Shown here piece after piece: positions 34,382 through 41,427 of a stretch of 45,470 nt of DNA (its first letter is position 1; every line of letters starts with the position of its first letter). Position numbers and translations under genes: made by a program. This stretch comes from Parcubacteria bacterium C7867-002 (GTDB taxonomy: Bacteria > Patescibacteriota > Minisyncoccia > Phycocordibacterales > PALSA-1337), in NCBI GenBank assembly GCA_001189105.1, contig LFCL01000020.1:1-45470 (forward strand), given 5' to 3'. Under the pieces are notes generated by a model, which was not told the origin of the DNA, searched no databases, and saw nothing but the letters and a program-made list of their open reading frames with translations.

Positions 34382-35653
34382 ATGAACACCTTTATCCAAA
34401 AAGCCATCACTGTCTTTCGAGATCAAACTATGCGCAAGCGCATTGGTTTCACTGTCTTAGCATTGATCCTCTTCCGTGCACTTGCCGCTATTCCAATCCC
34501 TGGTGTTGACTCTGTCAGTCTTCAGGCTCTTTTGAATTCAAGTCAATTTTTCGGTTTTCTGAACATTTTTTCTGGAGGAGGACTTTCAAACCTCTCTATT
34601 GTTATGTTGGGCGTCGGTCCATTTATTACAGCATCTATCGTGATTCAGCTTTTGACTATGATGTTTCCAAAGTGGAAAGCGATGCTTCATGATGAAGGTG
34701 AAGCAGGACGCATGAAACTTTCGAACTATTCACGTCTTTTGTCTGTTCCTTTGGCACTTATTTCGTCTGTTGGATTCCTTTCACTCTTGCAGTCCCAGAA
34801 CGTATTGCCACAAATCACTACCTTCGATTTTGCTTTGAACGTTATTATCGTGTCTGCCGGCTCAATCCTCTTGATGTGGATCGGTGAGCTTATCTCTGAG
34901 TTTGGTATCGGTAACGGCGTATCACTCATCATCTTTGCAGGTATCGTAGCGGTATTACCTTCAAACGTTACTCAATTCTTGGCAGCATACAATCCTACAG
35001 ATATTCCTGTATACCTCATCGCTCTTCTTATCGGTATTATCGTTATTGCAGGGGTAGTCTTTGTCACCGAAGCAGAACGTTCTGTGCCAGTGACCTATGC
35101 CAAACAAGTTCGTGGCAACAAAGTATACGGAGGTGCTTCTACCTATCTTCCATTACGCCTCAACCAAGCTGGAGTTATTCCAATCATCTTCGCACTCTCT
35201 ATTCTTTTGTTTCCTCAAATTATTTCGACCGCCCTTTCGAAGGTTTCTATCGTTTGGCTTGCTGATTTTGCAGCAGCAACGACAGTTTTCCTCAATAACC
35301 CATGGGTACACGGCATTGCATACTTCGTACTCGTTGTGTTGTTTACGTACTTCTACACAGCAGTTACCTTCGATCCAAAGCTCATCTCAGAAAACCTCCA
35401 GCGTGCCGGTGCATTCATCCCTGGTGTTCGTCCAGGTGAGCACACCCGTGATCATCTCGCAGCTATCGTTACACGCATCACGCTCGTAGGTGCACTCTTC
35501 TTGGGTACAATCGCTATTCTTCCGTTGCTTATGCAAGCATTCACCGCCAATCAGAATCTCGCTATCGGTGGAACCGCATTACTCATCGTAGTTTCTGTAG
35601 TTCTCGATCTCCTCAAGAAAATCGATGCGCAAGTAGCAATGAGAGAGTACTAG
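34382..35653 (+). CDS. secY: preprotein translocase subunit SecY
   Basis: 10-TM profile; IFSGGGLSN.SI..LG..P.ITASI..QLL; GNG.SLIIF.GI. Confidence 0.97.
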   Translation: MNTFIQKAITVFRDQTMRKRIGFTVLALILFRALAAIPIPGVDSVSLQALLNSSQFFGFLNIFSGGGLSNLSIVMLGVGPFITASIVIQLLTMMFPKWKAMLHDEGEAGRMKLSNYSRLLSVPLALISSVGFLSLLQSQNVLPQITTFDFALNVIIVSAGSILLMWIGELISEFGIGNGVSLIIFAGIVAVLPSNVTQFLAAYNPTDIPVYLIALLIGIIVIAGVVFVTEAERSVPVTYAKQVRGNKVYGGASTYLPLRLNQAGVIPIIFALSILLFPQIISTALSKVSIVWLADFAAATTVFLNNPWVHGIAYFVLVVLFTYFYTAVTFDPKLISENLQRAGAFIPGVRPGEHTRDHLAAIVTRITLVGALFLGTIAILPLLMQAFTANQNLAIGGTALLIVVSVVLDLLKKIDAQVAMREY

Positions 35654-35673
35654 GTTATTTTCGGTAGATAGAA

Positions 35674-35708
35674 AAAAGCCTCTTCGCAGTCGCGAGGAGG
35701 CTTTTGTG
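35674..35708 (+). terminator. rho-independent terminator after secY
   Basis: aaaagcctcttcgc agt cgcgaggaggctttt. Confidence 0.75.
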
Positions 35709-35723
35709 TATAGATCGTTGATG

Positions 35724-35894
35724 TTACTGGTTCATCAGTTGCCTGATTACCTGGATGACACCAATGAAAAAAAGAAGAGCTGTTGCCCATGAGATGAGCC
35801 CGGCCCATCGTACATTGAGGTAATAAAATAACCAACCTCCTCCTGCAGATATCGCTGCGCATGCAAGGAGACAGACAGGTAACAAGGGTGACAT
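35724..35894 (-). CDS. possible small 2-TM membrane protein (56 aa)
   Basis: MSPLLPVCLLACAAISAGGGWLFYYLNVRWAGLISWATALLFFIGVIQVIRQLMNQ. The longer ORF-track versions overlap adk. Confidence 0.35.
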   Translation of the reverse strand: MSPLLPVCLLACAAISAGGGWLFYYLNVRWAGLISWATALLFFIGVIQVIRQLMNQ

Positions 35895-35973
35895 ATGATC
35901 CTTTGGTTGAGGTGTAGACTGCACATATAGTAGCATGCATGTCTCTGTATTTGTATCGTCGAAAAGTCTATTT

Positions 35974-35982
35974 TGGTATATA
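35974..35982 (+). promoter_or_regulatory. extended -10 TGGTATATA, 8 nt upstream of ATG 35991 (leaderless geometry)
   Basis: Supports 35991 as the adk start. Confidence 0.4.
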
Positions 35983-35990
35983 CTATCGAA

Positions 35991-36590
35991 ATGAAACCTC
36001 ATCCTTTTATTTTTATCGGACGTGCAGGAGCAGGAAAGGGAACCCAGGCAAAACTATTGGAGGTACAACTTAAAAATCTTCACGATCGCGCTGTTCTCCA
36101 TGTAGAGACGGGTGCTGAGTTTAGAAATTTTTTGAAGACCGAAGGGTATACTGCCGGTTTGGCCAAAACCATCATCGAAAGTGGAGGTCTCATGCCCGAG
36201 TTTATGCCGGTCTATATGTGGGGTAAATTATTGACCGAAAAATACACCGGTGAAGAATATCTCATTTTTGACGGTACTCCCCGTAAACTTCTCGAAGCGG
36301 AACTGCTCGGATCTATATTTCCTTTTTATGGTTTACAAAATCCTTTTGTCATATATCTCGATATTGAACATGAGGAATCTTCAAAACGGCTTACTATTCG
36401 TGCCAAAGAGGGTCGTCGTGATGACACTGCCGAAGCTATTGAACGCCGTCGCATCGCCTTTGAAGCCGATGTGAAGCCGGTGGTTGAATGGTACCGCACG
36501 AATCCGAACGTCACTTTTTTGGATATCGATGGTCACGGTACGATCGAAGAGGTTCATGCCCGTATTGTGAAAAATCTGGGGCTGAGCTAG
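35991..36590 (+). CDS. adk: adenylate kinase (short-lid form)
   Basis: P-loop FIGRAGAGKGTQAKLL; position after secY. The ORF-track start at 35973 is non-ATG. Confidence 0.9.
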   Translation: MKPHPFIFIGRAGAGKGTQAKLLEVQLKNLHDRAVLHVETGAEFRNFLKTEGYTAGLAKTIIESGGLMPEFMPVYMWGKLLTEKYTGEEYLIFDGTPRKLLEAELLGSIFPFYGLQNPFVIYLDIEHEESSKRLTIRAKEGRRDDTAEAIERRRIAFEADVKPVVEWYRTNPNVTFLDIDGHGTIEEVHARIVKNLGLS

Positions 36591-36596
36591 TGTGTA

Positions 36597-37370
36597 ATGA
36601 TGATTACGATCAAGACCAAGGAAGATATCGCAATTCTGCGTGAAGGGGGAGCCCGACATGCGGTTATTTTGCGTGAATTGGTCTCGATGGTACGCCCGGG
36701 AATCTCGGCCTCTGAACTCAATGATCGCGCTGCACAGCGTATCGCCGAAGGTGGAGATCGTGCGGCTTTTCTGAATTACCATCCATATGGAGCAAAAAGA
36801 CCGTACCCTGCATCTGTGTGTGTTTCCGTAAATGATGAAATTGTTCACGGTATCCCCAATGAAACAGAAAAGATTTTGAAAGAAGGAGATATTGTAAGTA
36901 TTGATCTGGGGTTGGTGCACAAAGGTTTATTTACTGATATGGCGATTACGGTTGCAGTCGGTGAAGTTTCTCCGGAATTGAAGACGTTGCTTGCTGCGAC
37001 AAAAGAAGCATTGATGGCGGGCATTAAGGCTGCCAAAGGGGGTAAACGTATTGGAGATATCAGTGCTGCGATCGAACGTGTCGGTGTGGCTCATGGATAC
37101 GGTATTGTTCAAGAACTGTCTGGTCACGGTGTTGGTTACGATGTGCATGAAGATCCCTATGTCCCAAATTACGGACCGGCGGGTAAAGGTGAAGTTCTGC
37201 AGCCGGGAATGGTATTGGCGATTGAACCTATTTTTAATTTAGGAACACGGAAAATATATCTGGATAGTGATGGTCATACATATCGTACGGCTGATGGATC
37301 TCCTTCGGCGCATTTTGAGCATACGGTTGTAATTACAAAGGGTGGGGCGGAGATATTGACTCAGGGGTAG
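36597..37370 (+). CDS. map: type I methionine aminopeptidase
   Basis: VNDEIVHGIP, GDIVSIDLG, metal ligands HG.G...HE, and EHTV.IT. Confidence 0.95.
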   Translation: MMITIKTKEDIAILREGGARHAVILRELVSMVRPGISASELNDRAAQRIAEGGDRAAFLNYHPYGAKRPYPASVCVSVNDEIVHGIPNETEKILKEGDIVSIDLGLVHKGLFTDMAITVAVGEVSPELKTLLAATKEALMAGIKAAKGGKRIGDISAAIERVGVAHGYGIVQELSGHGVGYDVHEDPYVPNYGPAGKGEVLQPGMVLAIEPIFNLGTRKIYLDSDGHTYRTADGSPSAHFEHTVVITKGGAEILTQG

Positions 37371-37372
37371 AA

Positions 37373-37522
37373 AGTCCAGCGAATTACATTTCTCAGTATG
37401 ACCGCAAGGTCGCCAACTCCAAATTACTACCCTATGTACTTCCAAGGCTTCAGTACATAGGGGTAATTTGTCGGGACTCGAATCGCATTGCGGTCATACT
37501 GAGAAATGTAATTCGCTGGACT
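37373..37522. repeat. 150-nt nested palindrome (35-bp perfect outer stem, 18-bp inner stem)
   Basis: 37373-37407 is the exact reverse complement of 37488-37522. The inner arms 37421-37440 and 37452-37469 pair with a 2-nt bulge. Internal loops are 13 and 18 nt; the apical loop is 11 nt. Confidence 0.9.
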
Positions 37523-37551
37523 CTGATCGTGGATGATGGGAGCCATGTTGC

Positions 37552-37581
37552 TTGCCTCTTCTCCTTCTTTACCTCTATAAT
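37552..37581 (+). promoter_or_regulatory. candidate ndk promoter, leaderless geometry
   Basis: TTGCCT-N18-TATAAT, then 8 nt to ATG 37590. Confidence 0.45.
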
Positions 37582-37589
37582 CACTTCAT

Positions 37590-38201
37590 ATGAACAAAAC
37601 CCACGCCAAATACGAACGAACTCTCGTCATTATCAAACCTGACGGTATACAGAGAAGTCTGATTGGTGAAGTGATCAAACGATATGAGCGTACAGGTCTC
37701 AAGTTGGTCGGCATCAAGATGGTGGTACCAACACAGGAGATGGTTGAGGCTCACTATACGCTCGATCCTGAATGGAAAAAGAAAACAGGGGAGAAGAACC
37801 TACAAGCATATCGAGACAAAGGTCTGACACCTCCTCATGATGATCCAATCAAGCAGTCAGATATGATCCTGATGAAGCTCAAGAAGTATTTTGCCTCTGG
37901 ACCAGTTATTGCTATGGTGTGGCAAGGAGCCCATGCGGTATCCATTGTGCGTAAAATTACCGGAGGAACAGAGCCGATGCTTTCTGATGTGGGAACAATT
38001 CGCGGTGATTATGTTATCGATTCATACAAAGTTGCTGATGATGATGTTCGTGCTATTCGCAACATTGTCCATGCTTCGGGAACCATCGCAGAGGCTAAGC
38101 TAGAGATTGATTACTGGTTCAAAAAAGAAGAACTCGTTGATTATCGCCTCCTGGTAGATGCTATGTTATACGACACTGATATTGATGATATTTTGGAGTA
38201 A
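37590..38201 (+). CDS. ndk: nucleoside diphosphate kinase (long form, ~30-aa internal insertion plus a C-terminal extension)
   Basis: ERTLVIIKPDG..R.LIGE.I.R.E..GLK; catalytic NIVHASG. Confidence 0.9.
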   Translation: MNKTHAKYERTLVIIKPDGIQRSLIGEVIKRYERTGLKLVGIKMVVPTQEMVEAHYTLDPEWKKKTGEKNLQAYRDKGLTPPHDDPIKQSDMILMKLKKYFASGPVIAMVWQGAHAVSIVRKITGGTEPMLSDVGTIRGDYVIDSYKVADDDVRAIRNIVHASGTIAEAKLEIDYWFKKEELVDYRLLVDAMLYDTDIDDILE

Positions 38202-38303
38202 TCGGAGTAAATTAATACAAAACACTTTTGATTTTTAGACAAAAGAGTGTCGCAACAGTATTGTCCTCTTGCGATATTGGGGAGCGGAGTTACAATGACT
38301 ACA

Positions 38304-38439
38304 GGTTGCAGGAGTAAAAACTACAAAACAATTTTTACGGGATTCCGGAGAACAGGTCATGCTGTTCAGATTCACCTGCATCATTGATGTTGGGTGCAAG
38401 GTCTCCCACCTGAGATAATCAGGTTATACTCCTGCAATC
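38304..38439 (+). ncRNA. unclassified structured RNA (13-bp closing stem enclosing three hairpins)
   Basis: Closing stem 38304-38316 with 38427-38439. Internal hairpins at 38350-38367, 38373-38396 and 38409-38423. Terminator hairpin 5 nt downstream. No coding potential. Confidence 0.4.
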
Positions 38440-38443
38440 CTTA

Positions 38444-38477
38444 GAAAATGCCCCTCAACTACGTTCGGGGCATTTTC
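38444..38477 (+). terminator. hairpin terminator after the structured RNA
   Basis: gaaaatgcccc / ggggcattttc, an 11-bp stem. Confidence 0.6.
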
Positions 38478-38492
38478 TAACCATCTGTTTAC

Positions 38493-38501
38493 TGATAGAA
38501 T
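38493..38501 (+). promoter_or_regulatory. extended -10 TGATAGAAT, 8 nt upstream of ATG 38510 (leaderless geometry)
   Basis: Suggests the membrane-protein gene is transcribed independently of the upstream RNA. Confidence 0.45.
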
Positions 38502-38509
38502 ACATCCTC

Positions 38510-38887
38510 ATGCGAATATACTTCTTTGCCCTGATTGCCGCGCTTACAACCGTTTTTTCTCATTATCCAGGTTTGCGGGGATTGTACATGGAATACTGGT
38601 GGTACGATATTTTTATGCATATGCTCGGAGGTTTGGCGATTGGCTTTGCCTGGGCAGCATTGGCAACCCTTTTTGGACTGTCGAGTCGACGTATGTGGGC
38701 ATATATCATTTTTGGAACACTCGCAGTGGGTGTGGCCTGGGAACTTTTTGAAATGTATTTTCACTTAACAGGCTATCCAGTCGGTACTCCGCTGTATTAT
38801 AACGACACAGCACTCGATGTTATAAATGATATTATTGGCGGTGCAGTTGCTGCGTATATAGCCACTCGAAAGAATCGCCTTGGTTAG
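38510..38887 (+). CDS. small polytopic membrane protein (125 aa, ~4 TM helices)
   Basis: Hydrophobicity pattern; WELFE and D..ND..GG motifs. Family not recognised. Confidence 0.6.
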   Translation: MRIYFFALIAALTTVFSHYPGLRGLYMEYWWYDIFMHMLGGLAIGFAWAALATLFGLSSRRMWAYIIFGTLAVGVAWELFEMYFHLTGYPVGTPLYYNDTALDVINDIIGGAVAAYIATRKNRLG

Positions 38888-38919
38888 GTATTTTGGTTCA
38901 TTCAGGATAAAATAGTCCT

Positions 38920-40209
38920 ATGAATTCTCCGGTCAAAGTCTCATTTCATTCGGGTGTTGGTTCGGTCACGGGAGCAAATTTTCTTTTAGAAACTCAAAAA
39001 GGCACACAAGTTCTGATCGACTGTGGTTTGATCCAGGGTGAGCGTGTAGCCATGCAGGAAAACCATCAGCCATTTGTCTATGATCGTACTTCTATTTCAG
39101 CGCTCATTATTACTCACGCACACCTCGATCACGTTGGCCGTATCCCGAAGCTGGTAAAAGAAGGGTATACCGGACCAATCTATTCAACTCCCGAAACACG
39201 CGAACTGGCGGAATTGGTTCTGACTGATGCGGTGAGTATCTTGGCGATGGAAGCGCGACAACAGAGTATTGATCCTCTGTATGAATTTAAAGATGCGGGA
39301 CATATTCTCGGATCTGCGATGGTTGAAGTTACAGTCAAAGGGGAGACTGATACCAAAGTACTGTTTACCGGTGATTTGGGTAATTCCCCAGCACCACTTC
39401 TGCGTGATTCTGAATCAGTTGGAGATGTTGATTATCTCGTGATCGAAAGTGTATATGGAGACCGCAACCATGAATCACGAGAACAACGTTCTGCGGTATT
39501 TAAAAAAGCAATTACTGATACGATTGCGCGTGGCGGAACGCTCGTCATTCCGGCCTTTTCTTTGGATCGTACCCAAGTCTTGTTATATGAATTAAACAAC
39601 TTGGTTGAACGAAAAGAGATCCCTTCGGTGCCGGTATATATTGATTCGCCCATGGCGACTAAGGCTACAGAGATATATCGTTCAGGTAAAGGTCTTTTTA
39701 ATGATGCGATTCAAGAGCAGATTGCACGAGGTGACGATATTTTCCATTTTCCTCGATTGCAGTACACGATTTCTCAAAATGAATCGCGTGACATCGATCA
39801 TATGAAGGGTGCCAAAATTATCCTGGCCGGATCAGGGATGTCTGTGGGGGGAAGAGTGCTGGCTCATGAAGAAAAATATTTACCACACGCAGAAAACACC
39901 ATCTTATTAGTAGGGTATCAATCTGTCGGTTCCTTTGGACGACGGTTGGCGGACGGTGCCAAGAATGTGAAACTTCATGGGCGTGAACTCGAGATCAAAG
40001 CAAAAGTCATGACATTGTATGGATATTCGGCTCATCGAGATAGTGATCATCTCCTGGAGACTGTTTCTACGGCAACCAAGCGTCTCAAGAAGGTGTTTGT
40101 GGTGATGGGGGAGCCAGGTGCCTCGATGCATTTTGCACAGCGTATCAATGATGAATTGGGAATCAAAGCGTTGATGCCAGAGAAGGATAAGGTATATGAA
40201 TTGAAGTAA
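38920..40209 (+). CDS. MBL-fold beta-CASP nuclease (RNase J/CPSF-like family)
   Basis: HAHLDHVGRIP, GHILGSA, FTGDLG, ESVYG, and beta-CASP motif C GYSAHRD. Confidence 0.82.
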   Translation: MNSPVKVSFHSGVGSVTGANFLLETQKGTQVLIDCGLIQGERVAMQENHQPFVYDRTSISALIITHAHLDHVGRIPKLVKEGYTGPIYSTPETRELAELVLTDAVSILAMEARQQSIDPLYEFKDAGHILGSAMVEVTVKGETDTKVLFTGDLGNSPAPLLRDSESVGDVDYLVIESVYGDRNHESREQRSAVFKKAITDTIARGGTLVIPAFSLDRTQVLLYELNNLVERKEIPSVPVYIDSPMATKATEIYRSGKGLFNDAIQEQIARGDDIFHFPRLQYTISQNESRDIDHMKGAKIILAGSGMSVGGRVLAHEEKYLPHAENTILLVGYQSVGSFGRRLADGAKNVKLHGRELEIKAKVMTLYGYSAHRDSDHLLETVSTATKRLKKVFVVMGEPGASMHFAQRINDELGIKALMPEKDKVYELK

Positions 40210-40210
40210 C

Positions 40211-40238
40211 AAAAAATCCCCGTTAATGGGGATTTTTT
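40211..40238. terminator. bidirectional rho-independent terminator
   Basis: aaaaaatcccc gttaat ggggatttttt, between the convergent MBL gene and rplT. Confidence 0.85.
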
Positions 40239-40253
40239 GAGAGAAAAGAAGCT

Positions 40254-40604
40254 TTATTTTACGGTAACTGAAGTTGCGAGTTTCTTGAACACCTCAGGTT
40301 TGAATTCTGCGAGGTGAGCGAGCATCTTGCGGTCGATCTCGATACCTTTCTTCTTTGCTTCACCAATCCATTTGCTATATGAAAAACCGAGAGGGCGGAG
40401 GGCGGCATTGATCTTTACGTTCCATAAGCGGCGGAAATCACCCTTCTTGTCGCGGCGGTGTGCAAAAGCGTATGCGCCAGCATGGGCAAGTGCGTCATTT
40501 GCTGCGCGTTCGGTCTTTGAACGGCGGAAACGAAAACCTTTTGCTCTCTTGAGTATAGAGCGACGGGACTTAAGTGCATTTACTCCTTTTTTGACTCGAA
40601 CCAT
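40254..40604 (-). CDS. rplT: 50S ribosomal protein L20
   Basis: VRVKKGV.A...R..IL..AKGFR; R.DKK..FR.LW..RINAA. Confidence 0.96.
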   Translation of the reverse strand: MVRVKKGVNALKSRRSILKRAKGFRFRRSKTERAANDALAHAGAYAFAHRRDKKGDFRRLWNVKINAALRPLGFSYSKWIGEAKKKGIEIDRKMLAHLAEFKPEVFKKLATSVTVK

Positions 40605-40625
40605 GATAGTAAAGTTATATGTTAA

Positions 40626-40817
40626 TTATTGATTGGCTAAGAATCGACTACGGGCCTTGTTGTCCATCTTGATCTCGGTCATACGGCCTTTTGTAGAACG
40701 AGTACTACTGTTTTCTTTTGCATTGAAATGGTTTTGACCGGCCTTGCGCGCAAGAATCTTGCCACTTTTGGTGATCTTGAAACGCTTGAGATATGATTTG
40801 TTGGTTTTGATTGACAT
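40626..40817 (-). CDS. rpmI: 50S ribosomal protein L35
   Basis: MSIKTNKSYLKRFKITKSGKILARKAGQNH. Start at ATG 40817, not the extended ORF-track version. Confidence 0.88.
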   Translation of the reverse strand: MSIKTNKSYLKRFKITKSGKILARKAGQNHFNAKENSSTRSTKGRMTEIKMDNKARSRFLANQ

Positions 40818-40824
40818 GGTGGTA

Positions 40825-41331
40825 TTACTTCTTTTCGATGATGATGGTGACTCCTTTTGGTCCTTTGAGGGGAGCTTGGGCGATCTTGTACTCGACGGTG
40901 ATAAGTTTAAGGATTCTTTCGAGGCGTTCCTTGAGGAAATTGAATTCCATGTACTTTGAGCGTCCGGTAAGGAAGAGGTCGATTTTGACGCGATCTCCTG
41001 TTCCAAGCCATTCTGATACCTTTTTGGCTTTGAGTTCGAGATCGTGCTCGCCGGTACCGATCTTGACCTGGACGGTCTTGAGCTCGGTGACTTGCGCGCG
41101 GGTCTTGGCGGTCTTTACCTTCTTTTTTTCATCGTACTGGTACTTGCCATAATCCATAATCTTAGCGACCGGTGGTACTGCTGCGGGGGAGATCTCAATG
41201 AGATCGAATCCGCGTTCTTGTGCCGCCAAAAGCGCCTTGTCGAGAGCAAGAACACCAAGGTTTTCGCCTGCTTCCGTGATAACACGTAATTCGGGCGCCT
41301 TTATATGGTGATTGATGCGTACTTTGATCAA
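40825..41331 (-). CDS. infC: translation initiation factor IF-3, non-ATG (TTG) start
   Basis: RINHHIKAPELRVI...G..LGV......L..A.E.G.DL.EISP.A.PPV.KIMDYGK. There is no in-frame ATG or GTG between the upstream stop (41350-52) and the conserved core. Confidence 0.93.
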   Translation of the reverse strand: MIKVRINHHIKAPELRVITEAGENLGVLALDKALLAAQERGFDLIEISPAAVPPVAKIMDYGKYQYDEKKKVKTAKTRAQVTELKTVQVKIGTGEHDLELKAKKVSEWLGTGDRVKIDLFLTGRSKYMEFNFLKERLERILKLITVEYKIAQAPLKGPKGVTIIIEKK

Positions 41332-41418
41332 GGGATTACAGAGGCTTATTTATAGCATGGCATATGGGTTTATGCAAGGAATCTATTGGTTACGATCCTT
41401 TTTTAAAAGATAGGGTGG

Positions 41419-41427
41419 TGATACTAT
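41419..41427 (+). promoter_or_regulatory. extended -10 TGATACTAT, 7 nt upstream of ATG 41435
   Basis: Overlaps the first ATG (41426), so the true start may be 41435. Confidence 0.4.

Noticed and set aside
37470-37487. gggactcgaatc inside the palindrome, which looks like a tRNA T-arm.
   Set aside because: No acceptor, D or anticodon arms can be drawn. The segment is simply the 3' side of the internal loop of the palindrome.
38336-38360. ACGGGAUUCCGGAG, resembling the GGGUUCCGG of ykkC/guanidine-I riboswitches, upstream of a small 4-TM protein.
   Set aside because: The other conserved blocks (GGUCCGAGAG and ACGG.GGGA.AAA.CCCGGGAG) are missing. The membrane protein lacks the SMR/Gdx TM1 glutamate.
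38390-38425. GGGUGC ... CUGAGA, reminiscent of the TPP riboswitch core.
   Set aside because: The CUGAGA is part of a local 5-bp hairpin (cctga/tcagg). The ACCC pairing partner and the pyrophosphate-sensor helix (ACCUGAUCUGGAUAAUGCCAGCG-like) are absent. The downstream gene is not thiamine-related and has its own promoter.
40818-41006. Extended L35 ORF (126 aa) overlapping infC.
   Set aside because: L35 is ~63-65 aa and begins MSIKTNKS at ATG 40817. The extension overlaps the confidently called infC.
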